Source of the DNA: Deltaproteobacteria bacterium
Lineage (GTDB): Bacteria; Myxococcota_A; UBA9160; UBA4427
Assembly: GCA_002691205.1 (NCBI GenBank)
Contig: NZHD01000051.1
Location: 2,901-66,900 of the forward strand
Length of the DNA stretch: 64,000 nucleotides
Direction of reading: 5' to 3'
Within the stretch, counting starts at the first letter, position 1, and every line of letters begins with the position of its first letter. The notes under the pieces were generated by a model, which was given only the letters and a program-made list of their open reading frames with translations, searched no databases and had not been told where the DNA came from. The position numbers were made by a program, and so were the translations under genes. Positions 48,945 to 58,300 of this stretch are shown in pieces.

Positions 48945-49715
48945 GTGGCCCAGCCCTCTCTCACACCTGAGATCAAACAAGCGCGAGTGCTCATCCAAGA
49001 CGCTCAGAAGGTTTGCGTCCTCACAGGTGCAGGGATTTCCACGGATTCGGGCATCCCCGATTTCAGAGGACCCAACGGGGTCTGGACTAAAGACCCCGAA
49101 GCCGAGAAGATGTCGACGCTCTCCCACTATATGTCTGAACCTGACGTGCGCCGACGCTCCTGGCAAATGAAGCTCGAGCAGGCCGATGCACAAAGGCAGC
49201 CCAACGCGGGGCATCGAGCGCTGGTTGAGCTTGAGAGACAGCAGAAACTTCTGGCGCTGGTGACTCAGAATGTGGACGGACTTCATCACGACGCGGGCAG
49301 CGATCCCGAACGCATCGTCGAAATCCATGGCACGTTACGCGAAGTGGTTTGCATGGAGTGCGACGAACGCGCCGACATGGAACGAGCTCTCCGGCGCGTC
49401 AGGGCCGGAGAGGAGGATCCTGCGTGTCGAAGCTGCGGGGGAATTCTTAAATCTGCCACGATCTCCTTCGGCCAGGGGCTGGTGGAACGGGACATGGTTC
49501 GAGCCGAATCCGCGGCTCAAGAATGTGACCTCATGCTCGCCATCGGCACCACGCTCGGCGTGTACCCCATCGCAGGCATTGTTCCCATCGCCCACACTCG
49601 CGGAACACCCGTCCTCATTGTCAATGCCGAACCCACGGAAATGGATGCGCTGGCCCATCTCCGGCTGACCGGCTCCATTAGCGAAGTACTCCCTCTGATC
49701 CTGAATCAGAACTAA
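48945..49715 (+). CDS. cobB: NAD-dependent protein deacylase (sirtuin, CobB-like)
   Basis: TGAGISTDSGIPDFRGPNGVW, QNVDGLH, and a four-Cys zinc ribbon (CMEC...CRSCGG). Confidence 0.85.
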   Translation: MAQPSLTPEIKQARVLIQDAQKVCVLTGAGISTDSGIPDFRGPNGVWTKDPEAEKMSTLSHYMSEPDVRRRSWQMKLEQADAQRQPNAGHRALVELERQQKLLALVTQNVDGLHHDAGSDPERIVEIHGTLREVVCMECDERADMERALRRVRAGEEDPACRSCGGILKSATISFGQGLVERDMVRAESAAQECDLMLAIGTTLGVYPIAGIVPIAHTRGTPVLIVNAEPTEMDALAHLRLTGSISEVLPLILNQN

Positions 49716-49794
49716 AACGGAGCTTCGCCAGCAGCCGGCTCTGAGCACCGCTACCCTCTCCTATGAACCCAAGGGAACCCAGAAGACCTCTCAA

Positions 49795-51129
49795 ATGATT
49801 TTTCCTACCTTTGATCTCAGTCAATCCGAAGACCAAAAGACGTGGACCACACGTCTAGAACGCCTTCGAGCCACCGCCTCTCTCTCGAGCGAAGAAGCCA
49901 AGACGGTCGCTCGTCTCATCGAAGACGTGCGTCTCCGAGGTGATGAAGCCGTGGTCGACGCCATGCGCGAATTTACCGACCCCGACTTTGAAACAACGCG
50001 GATTTGCGTGCAGCCAGAGGAAATGGCGCGGGCCGAAGCGGAACTGGACCCTGCTCTTCGCGAAGCCATGAGAACCGCCATCGAAAACGTGGATCGATAC
50101 CAAAGGCATATCTGTCCCAGTAATCCACCAAACATCGAAATCGGCGGAGCCGAAGTCGGACTTCGTTTTAGCCCCGTCGAGAGCGCAGGGCTGCTGGTTC
50201 CGGGGGGCGTTGCTGTCCTCGTCTCGACCCTGATCATGTTGGCCGTACCGGCGATGGCGGCCGGCGTGAAGCCTACTTCTCTCTCGGTCGTCCACCCTCC
50301 CGCCACTCGGCGCCCTGGACGCCCTTCAGGCGACATTTCCAAAGAGGTGATGGCTTGCTGTCACATGCTTGGCATCGAAACCCTCTACCGAATTGGTGGA
50401 GCCCAGGCGGTGGCCGCCCTCGCCTTCGGAACGAAACAAGTCGAAAAAGTGGACATGATCGCCGGCCCCGGCAATGTGTTCGTGCAGTTGGCGAAGCAAA
50501 TGGTCGGTGGAGCCTGCGGGACAGACGGCGGTTTTTACGGCCCCAGCGAAATTGTGACCATCGCCGACGAAACGGCGGACCCAAGATGCGTCGCGGCCGA
50601 CTTGATGGCACAAGCCGAGCACGACCCAGGGAAATGTTTTCTAATCTCCTGGTCGAAGACAGTCATTGAGAACATTCTCGACGAACTGAATCAGCAAAGA
50701 GGCCAAAGGGCTCGGGTCGAAGCCATCGACCGCGCCCTAGCCGAGGAATCAGCGGCGCTGCTGGTGTCTGATGAGAAAGAAGCGGCCGAAATTGCAGATC
50801 AGATTGCAGCCGAGCACGTCAATCTCTCGGTGGCCGATCCACAGGATTGGTTGAGTCGACTGCGTCATGGCGGCGAATTCTTCCTCGGCGACCAATCTCC
50901 CGTGGCCGCGGGCGACTATTTTGCGGGCCCGAGTCACTGCCTTCCCACCGGCACCACCGCCCGATTTGCGAGCGGGATCAGTGCCTATACGTTTCTCAAG
51001 CGAAGCGGGAGCATTCAGTATCGGGAAGGAATGCCCGGTGAAGCCATGGATGCCATCGCGAAACTGGCAGAGCTTGAAGGTCTGGACGCTCACGCTGCCT
51101 CGGTACGAGTGCGACGGCGCTTGGACTGA
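49795..51129 (+). CDS. hisD: Histidinol dehydrogenase
   Basis: IAGPGNVFV, QAEHD, and FAGPSHCLPT.. motifs; 444 aa. Confidence 0.9.
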   Translation: MIFPTFDLSQSEDQKTWTTRLERLRATASLSSEEAKTVARLIEDVRLRGDEAVVDAMREFTDPDFETTRICVQPEEMARAEAELDPALREAMRTAIENVDRYQRHICPSNPPNIEIGGAEVGLRFSPVESAGLLVPGGVAVLVSTLIMLAVPAMAAGVKPTSLSVVHPPATRRPGRPSGDISKEVMACCHMLGIETLYRIGGAQAVAALAFGTKQVEKVDMIAGPGNVFVQLAKQMVGGACGTDGGFYGPSEIVTIADETADPRCVAADLMAQAEHDPGKCFLISWSKTVIENILDELNQQRGQRARVEAIDRALAEESAALLVSDEKEAAEIADQIAAEHVNLSVADPQDWLSRLRHGGEFFLGDQSPVAAGDYFAGPSHCLPTGTTARFASGISAYTFLKRSGSIQYREGMPGEAMDAIAKLAELEGLDAHAASVRVRRRLD

Positions 51130-51180
51130 TTCCGGGTTCTGCCCTTTTCACTCTTCCTCACGCGCCAAGCCGCGTCGTTT

Positions 51181-52884
51181 CTAGGGCCAACGGGCGAACA
51201 CTCGAAACGAAAGACCATGATCTTGAATCCCGAGGTCGCCAACCGGTGCAAAATCAAGCAGTTGCGCGCCATAGCTGAACTCGGCTCTGAACCACGGAGT
51301 GGGAGACCAGATGGCGTTGACACCTACGCTCGCCAGATTGGTATCTCCTCCGCGTCCCGACCGGCCGTGGCTCCAAGAGCGCCCAAAATCGGCAAACGGC
51401 CCCGCTCGGAGAACACTTCGCCCGGAAGGCTCCAGGCGCAAAGGAAGAGACAGTTCAAAACCCAGCGCATATCCGTTATCGCGCACAACGGCATTCTCAC
51501 GGTAACCACGCACACTGTAACGGCCCCCGATCGCATACCGCTCAAAAGGCAAAAGAGGATCCAACGCCAGCTGAACACTGCCTCTAAACCCCACTTCTAT
51601 TCCACTCTCTGCATGTCTCCATCGCCACTCGGCTTGCCCAAGCCAAGCCGCAAATTCTGCGGTGTCCGTCTCTCCACTCGTCGCCCCCAAGATATCTAAA
51701 CCCACACTCCATGTGGAACGCAAAGCTAAGGCCTGATTCGGGCGCTGGGTGGTCCACTCTTGATAAAATCGCAGAACACTGTCGCGGACCTCACCCTCCG
51801 CATTCGCTGCATCCGAAAAAGCAAACGGAAAACCGCCCACAGTGGAGCGACTCTGCCTCCACTCTCCACGGACTCCCACGACGAGAGACGACCCATTCGC
51901 CGACCAAAGCCGTTGGGTCAGGTCCACGGCTCCCATCCAATACGTACTATCGACATCAAAGCCCGAAAGACTTCCATCGACAATCGCCGCATCCGTGTAA
52001 CGAAAGTCCACAGCCAGCTCCGTTCCCCAATTGGAAACAGGCACGTCATAGTGAACCAAAATGTCTCGCAATCCCTCGGAGAGACCCAAAATGGCCCCCA
52101 GCCTATCTCCCTGGCCTATGGGATTCAGCAGCCCCACCGAGAGGTGGCCGGCCATCTCTCCAATCAAAGGGTTTAATTCATTTCCGAAATCGAGAGCCCC
52201 AGTAAAGCGACGACTCTCCACGACCTCAACCTCAAGAATCGCCTCACCTGCCTCCATTCCTGGAACGAGACGAGCCCGTAACGTTCGAATCCCCGGCTCC
52301 GCCTCAAGCGACTTCAGTCGTCGCTCAAGGGTAAAAGCATTCAGAGGTTCGCCCTCAAGACCCTCAAGGCGAGACTCTAAATACGTCGCGCGATAGTGGC
52401 CTTCGCCGCGCACAACCACACGGCCGAGTCGGCCTTCGATCACTTCAAGCCGGAGGGCTCCGGCCGTGACGTCCTGATCCGGCCAACGGACTTGTGTATT
52501 CACGTAGCCCGCTTTGATGTAGAGCCCCGCTAGGCTCGATCGCAATGTCTCAATTTGCTCGCCATCAAGAACGCGCCCCATAAATCCCTGGGTCAGTCTC
52601 GCAATCACCGCTGGGTCAAGCACCGTATTGCCGACAACATAAATTTCATCGACGCGCACACGCGCTCCGCCCGACATCGTCGTCGAACGCTCCGCCGGAA
52701 TCGGTGGCAAACGAATGGGCGCAGGGCCCATCAACGCCTCACCCACAACCGGGATCGGGCGGCGGCCCGGAAAGTCGGGCACCGACGGAACCTCCTGGGC
52801 CAAAGAAGCCGAGGCCTGTAAAAAAAACCACGCCATGGCGACCCAAAGGCCTGCTCTCCCCAACGAGAACCCTGGCCTCACCAA
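51181..52884 (-). CDS. ShlB/FhaC/HecB-type two-partner-secretion outer-membrane transporter (TpsB)
   Basis: Signal peptide (...FFLQASASLA|QE). POTRA_2-like segments (VRVDEIYVVGNTVL...GYVNTQVRWPDQDVTAGALRLEVIEGRLGRVVV). Beta-barrel ending in an aromatic residue (FRVFARWP). TTG/GTG start directly abuts the tpsA stop. Confidence 0.85.
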   Translation of the reverse strand: MVRPGFSLGRAGLWVAMAWFFLQASASLAQEVPSVPDFPGRRPIPVVGEALMGPAPIRLPPIPAERSTTMSGGARVRVDEIYVVGNTVLDPAVIARLTQGFMGRVLDGEQIETLRSSLAGLYIKAGYVNTQVRWPDQDVTAGALRLEVIEGRLGRVVVRGEGHYRATYLESRLEGLEGEPLNAFTLERRLKSLEAEPGIRTLRARLVPGMEAGEAILEVEVVESRRFTGALDFGNELNPLIGEMAGHLSVGLLNPIGQGDRLGAILGLSEGLRDILVHYDVPVSNWGTELAVDFRYTDAAIVDGSLSGFDVDSTYWMGAVDLTQRLWSANGSSLVVGVRGEWRQSRSTVGGFPFAFSDAANAEGEVRDSVLRFYQEWTTQRPNQALALRSTWSVGLDILGATSGETDTAEFAAWLGQAEWRWRHAESGIEVGFRGSVQLALDPLLPFERYAIGGRYSVRGYRENAVVRDNGYALGFELSLPLRLEPSGRSVLRAGPFADFGRSWSHGRSGRGGDTNLASVGVNAIWSPTPWFRAEFSYGAQLLDFAPVGDLGIQDHGLSFRVFARWP

Positions 52885-55347
52885 TCAGTCCCTATCTGCC
52901 AAGCGCCAACGTCCACCGCAGCCTGGATCGAATCCATCCAGTTGCTGACGCACACTGCCCCCTTGAGGCGAAAGCGTCTGAGAGGTCGCGCCTTCTGAGG
53001 AGGCGCCTCTCGGACCTGAAGGGAGATAGCCATCGAGAGCGGGCGGCCTCGATGGCCGACCTTCTATGACGAACGAACTGTCGCCCACATCTCTTCGCGC
53101 TGCACACTGAGCCCGCAGCAATGCTGAGACATCCAAGTACGAAACGGGAAGAGGCTCCACCTGCCCGGCCACATCCACCTGAGGCGCGTTGATGGTCACC
53201 ACACCGTCTACACCCCCATCAAATGAAGAGGGGATAATCGCTGAATCCGCTGACTCAAGCAGGTAGTCGGCCGAGAGATCGATGTTTCCACCGCTGCCCT
53301 CTTTAGCCGAACTCACCAATTCGCTTTCGTTCAGAACGAGATACTGCGGCCCTCCCTCCTGACCCACTCGGATATTCCCCCCGCTTCCGTCCTCTTTGCT
53401 GACCTTCGTCTCCACCTTACTCCGAATGAACTCGATGCGAGCGCCCGCCGCGATCGTGATTTCGCCGCCCTCAGAGGCCGCCAATGCCTCTGCGTTCAGC
53501 TCGGCATCGCGCATAAAAATATTGTGATCGGCCATCACGTTGAGTTCACCGGCAGACGCCTCACCGAGGCTACTCACGGTCACAAAGCCCCCGTCTACGA
53601 TCGATATGTTCTCAGCCTGTAAGAAAACAGAACCCGAAGCTCCATCATCCGCCCGAGCGGCGATTTCGCTTCCCTGACCCGAGAGAGAACCACTCACAAG
53701 AAGGTCACCCTCTAGCCTCACATCCACACTGCCCGTATCCGCAGGCGTTTGAAGCGTACTGGCGGAAATCGTTCCGCCTTGGGTGACCTCAAGACTCCCC
53801 GCGCGAACCGAAATATCGCCGGCCTTTGCGCCTGGAAAAGTCAAGGCGGACCCCTCCTGATAGAGAGCCCGAGCTAAGAGTCCAGACCGCGCGTAACTCC
53901 AGGCCCCGTCTTCCCAACTGCGCAAGACGCCCGAGATCACGACCGACCCCGCCATGTCCACGCGAATATCGCCGCCTACTAAATCCCGGTACACCGGCGT
54001 GCGGATCTGTCCTCCATTGACGAGACGGAGATTTCCTCCCTCCACCCAGATGGCACCGGCCGGCCCTCCCCCAGGCCGGGGCAGTGAAAACAACACACTG
54101 CCCTCGTCAAGGCTCACTTCCTCGGACCCCACGACATGCAGGCCCACCGGACTTCCAGACGACCCTTCGTTGAGACCTTCGGTTTGGAGCCCGATAACGT
54201 TCACCGAAGACCCTCCTGTGAGTGAAACCGTCTCGCCTCGAATCTCCACGGGGGCCGCCGAGGACTCAATCAGAGAGACCCCCTCATTTCCAGCGGCAAG
54301 CAAAACCTCAGGGGCCGAGATGCGAATCGCAGGCCCCGAGACAAGCCCCTCATCGACGAACCTTTTTAAGGTCGACGCTTCCAAAGTCATTGAATGACCG
54401 GCTTTCAAATCCATAGCGGGCCCTTGGGCATTCCCTCCGGAATAAATCTCCGTGCCCCCCACTAGACGAAGTACGCCTCCCTCAAGAAGGACTCGACCCC
54501 CTCCTGCCCCGCCTCCCATTCGAGAGTCCAAACGTGAGCCTTCAAGCTCAATCAAAGCCTCCTGACCTACCTGCGCCAAAGGAAGATTTGATTCGCCGCC
54601 CACCGAAAGAGGAACTTCCACCGCGCTGTGCCCGGTGGCCACGAGATGAATCACGGATCCAGGCACCTCCACTTTTCGGGAGATCAAACCCACTTTTCCC
54701 GCCACGATTCTAAACGCGTTAAAGCTCCCCACACCGACAAAGCCCGGGATGGAAGGATCTGCAGTCAGGGTCACACCGGGCAACGGCGCATCGCCCTCGG
54801 TGCCTTCAAAAACCAACGAAACCGGCTCTCCCGAGCAGCACCCGCTCGCAGACCACGGGCTTCCGTCCACCGGGAATGCGCCGTCCGAAAAACGCACCGC
54901 ATTGGCGGTGCTCAAGGTCAGCCCTCCGGACAAATTATAGAAGGCACCGCTTGGTCCCACCGTGATACCGTGAGGGCTTAAGAAATAAAGATCTGCCCCA
55001 ACGTGTTCCGAAAACACCGAGCCATTGATCAGGGCTGGACTTTCACCCGTCAATCGAACAAAGACATGATCGAACAAGCCCGGCCCTGCAAAGCCCACAT
55101 TCTCAGAAGGGTCCACCGAAAACTCGGAAAAGCTGTGAAAAAGATTCCCACCCGCTTGCTCACCGCGCGTCGAATCAACCTCGTATGTGTAAGCCTCGCT
55201 CCCCGGCGCAACACCGCTCCCCCCAGCCCCCACCGTGCCATCAAAAACGACCTGGGTCCACGCCGCCTCGACAAAGAAGAGCAACAGGAGCAGAGCGCTC
55301 CAAATCGGCCGAGCGATTCCTCGATTAAAAAAAATGAGTCGAATCAT
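52885..55347 (-). CDS. TpsA-like exoprotein with filamentous-haemagglutinin N-terminal (TPS) secretion domain and beta-helical body
   Basis: Signal peptide, then the TPS-domain hallmark GGNLFHSFSEFSV (codons at 55129-55146) and ALINGSV...DLYFLSPHGITVGP, a divergent NPNGI box. The rest is Gly/Ser/Val-rich repeats. ATG 55347 shares its A with the upstream TGA (TGATG). The track start is TTG 55350. Confidence 0.8.
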   Translation of the reverse strand: MIRLIFFNRGIARPIWSALLLLLFFVEAAWTQVVFDGTVGAGGSGVAPGSEAYTYEVDSTRGEQAGGNLFHSFSEFSVDPSENVGFAGPGLFDHVFVRLTGESPALINGSVFSEHVGADLYFLSPHGITVGPSGAFYNLSGGLTLSTANAVRFSDGAFPVDGSPWSASGCCSGEPVSLVFEGTEGDAPLPGVTLTADPSIPGFVGVGSFNAFRIVAGKVGLISRKVEVPGSVIHLVATGHSAVEVPLSVGGESNLPLAQVGQEALIELEGSRLDSRMGGGAGGGRVLLEGGVLRLVGGTEIYSGGNAQGPAMDLKAGHSMTLEASTLKRFVDEGLVSGPAIRISAPEVLLAAGNEGVSLIESSAAPVEIRGETVSLTGGSSVNVIGLQTEGLNEGSSGSPVGLHVVGSEEVSLDEGSVLFSLPRPGGGPAGAIWVEGGNLRLVNGGQIRTPVYRDLVGGDIRVDMAGSVVISGVLRSWEDGAWSYARSGLLARALYQEGSALTFPGAKAGDISVRAGSLEVTQGGTISASTLQTPADTGSVDVRLEGDLLVSGSLSGQGSEIAARADDGASGSVFLQAENISIVDGGFVTVSSLGEASAGELNVMADHNIFMRDAELNAEALAASEGGEITIAAGARIEFIRSKVETKVSKEDGSGGNIRVGQEGGPQYLVLNESELVSSAKEGSGGNIDLSADYLLESADSAIIPSSFDGGVDGVVTINAPQVDVAGQVEPLPVSYLDVSALLRAQCAARRDVGDSSFVIEGRPSRPPALDGYLPSGPRGASSEGATSQTLSPQGGSVRQQLDGFDPGCGGRWRLADRD

Positions 55348-58300
55348 CAACTCCCCGCAGCGGCCTCACACTGGTCGGACTCAAACTCAGCCGGCGGCGA
55401 AGACTGCCCCAGGGTCCGCTTGTGAATCACAGCGTCACGAATCGTACATTCTGCGTCATTGTCCACGCTACACCGCTCCCCCACTTCAGCGTCCACTGGG
55501 TCCACCAACTGAGAAAGTAGCGCAGCTAGATCCACCGATTCACTGCCCGAAATCCATCCGTCGCCGGTCGCCTCGCCACACTGACAAGCATCGCCGATGC
55601 CCTCAGGAAGGTTCGAATCGATCCACTCCATCCCGCCCGAATCAATCTGTGAGGTATTGGCCGTGTAAATACAGTTGTCGTCTTCATTCCGTCGCTCGTC
55701 CTCATCGACATCTTCCGACATTGTGCTTGCAACGCCATTCGACGACACGCCGCAGGGCTCATCACACGCAAACAGGACACCCGGGTCGTAGTACTGAGCA
55801 TCCGACAGAAGAGGCTGACTTGCACACCACGAAACCGGAGCGGCGAATTCAGAGGCATCCGGCAAAAGCAAGCTCGGCAAACGATCCTCCACGCTGCAGC
55901 CGGGCGAATACTCGGGCTCACCCGGTTCGGGACAAGGGCTCAGATCCACACTCGGCGATATATTCAAACGCCCCACGCACTGAAGGTCCTCTAGTCCAGG
56001 CGTCAAGGCCCCTAAACTCGGCTCGGTCATGCTCAGATTCCCCTCGACCACGAGAAAGAGATAACCGTCGGTGGCACTCGATGGGTCCGTATCCTCCCAA
56101 GCAAATGATGCGCCGTCTACATCCCCGGAAGAGTAGTCAAGGCCGTCCGCATTTACCGAGGAGTAAACGGCATCCTCAGAGGAAGCGTCGTACAGCGAAG
56201 ACGCCCCATCGTCACACCACATCCGTCCGTCCGCATCGAGAGTCCCGTCGCAATCTTGCCATGAAATCGTGTGATCCCACTGACCGTCGCTATCGTCATC
56301 AACCAGGGGCGGTTCCGCGGCCACCGTCAAACGATGCAGTAAATACGACGGCGAAGTGAAACAAAGCTCAAAAACACTCACATCATCAATCGCCTGCCCC
56401 ACTAACGGGAGGAGTTGGGCTTCCACGCAGGTCGAACTCGACGACGCCCCCGAAGTTCTCATCATTCGAGAGGAACGGCACGGTGTGGCGGTCCGAGAGG
56501 ACATCACACGAAAACGGCTGATTGCATCCGTGTCGGAAACCACAGGAAGAATCCCGCCCGCACGGCCCATTGAAACATTCACAGCCGGGCGCGAGGCGGG
56601 TCGAGGTATGGGCGGAGCCCATACGAGATCGCCCATATGCTCGACCACACCTGCCGTGCACAAGTCCTCGGTCGCTTTCAACAAAACATAGAGGGTGTCT
56701 GGGCGCAGACCGCCGAAGCCCACCTGACTATTCGCTCCCCAAGCGTCGGTCACGAAGACCCCGGACTCGCTCCGATCCAGAACTGAACCTAGATATGGAC
56801 TGCCCGTCGGAACCTGACTACATCCACTGCATCCCATACACAGACTCTCAGGCGCCTCACACACTGAACCCACGGGTCCGCCAAACGTGAAATCATCCGC
56901 AGAAGCACCCAGTGGCGTGAGCGCCACCAACATTTCGTCAATGTCGGCCACAGCGCCGCACTCAACCTCGAGCCTCCAACGATCTTCCCCTAGGCCGTCT
57001 GGGTCTTCAATCAGGTGAACCACAGTTTCTTCGCAGGCGTCTCCCACGCCATCTTGATCCGCATCCGCCTGAGCTGCGTTGGAAACTCGCAGGCAACTAT
57101 CGCAGCGGTCCCCCACCGAATCCCCATCAAAGTCCAGCTGATCTGAATTCGGGACGGTGGGACAGTTATCCACAAAATCGGAGTGACCGTCCTGGTCTGA
57201 GTCCTGCAAATGCAGTTGCCAGACCACACCCCCATCACTGGGCGTGCCCACCGGAACCGCATTGGCTCCCACCCACAGTTCCGGCTCGCCGTCCCCGCTC
57301 ACGTCGGCCACCGCGACAGATCGGCCAAACAGAGTCGAGGCCTCGATCACGCCCCCAGGCACATCGAGCTTGTCAATAAAAACGCCCCCCTCGATGGTGC
57401 TGCCCCCCATCAAAGGCATCATTTGCAAAACGACAACGCCCCCTTCTTGCTGTGTTCCGCTGCCATAAGCCCCGGCCAAAAGGTCTGTGTCGCCATCCGC
57501 ATCGATATCCCCGAGCGGCGTCAGCGAATTTCCAAGACCTGAAACAGAAACGTTAGCGGCCGGAAAGCGAGCCACACCCGAATCGATGGTGTCCTTCACG
57601 ATCCCCCCCGACTGCGAGGTCAAGGAAACGATTTGAATGGCTCCTCTCTGATTGGGCCCTCGACCGGGTGAACCGACGGCCAGTTCGACGCCCGTTCCTC
57701 CATAAAGATTCCCCAAAAAGGCTAAGGATGCTCCAAATTGATCTCCGTCAGTGAGAGAAGCTGAGCCCAAAGATCCATTGCCCAGAGTCGTAGCGGACTT
57801 GAGCGTACCGTCTGATTTCAAGTTCAGAATCTCAATCGCGCCGCAACCCAACACACAGCCGATAGGCGCATCTGGATGGCCAACCACGACATCCGAAACG
57901 CCGTCGCCGTCTAAGTCTCCAATCCCTGTGACCGATTTAGGCGCGTAGGCCATCTGAAACCGAACCGTACTCCTCACTTCAGGCAGAGGCGAGAGCGCCG
58001 TACGAGCGCTTAAGAAAAGAATAAAAACGTAGCGTCGCCCTGGAGCCACAACGGCCAACTCCGTGACTCCGTTGCCGTCTAAATCTCCGATCGCGGCCAG
58101 ACCGGCTCCAAATCCATCGCCGGCCAGAATAATACTTTTGTATTCAGGCGTATCGGAACCAAACTGAATGACGTCATCCACCGTCCCGTCACGCCGCATG
58201 AGCAAAAGCAGGACCGCACCCGCGTTATTGTTATAGCTCGGTGCGCCCAGGGCGAGGTCGGACACTCCGTCTCCATTGAGGTCACCCACGGCGGCCACCG

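Noticed and set aside
48945-49715. Sir2 protein as an anti-phage NADase defence gene
   Set aside because: It has the canonical CobB-type sirtuin motifs and a four-Cys zinc ribbon. There is no associated HerA, pAgo, TIR or helicase partner, and the neighbours are housekeeping genes.
55327-55334. T8/A8 homopolymer in codons 6-8 of tpsA as a slipped-strand phase-variation switch
   Set aside because: Equally long homopolymers occur in housekeeping genes here (C8 at 15223-15230 in glnD, A8 near 2314-2321, A8 near 28918-28925). Eight nucleotides is short for efficient phase variation.
55235-56359. 374-aa plus-strand ORF, the longest 'extra' ORF in the accessory cluster
   Set aside because: It is entirely antisense to the tpsA/giant genes. 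Its translation is Pro/Arg/Ser/Thr/His-rich low complexity with no motif. This is the typical shadow ORF of a GC-rich coding region.
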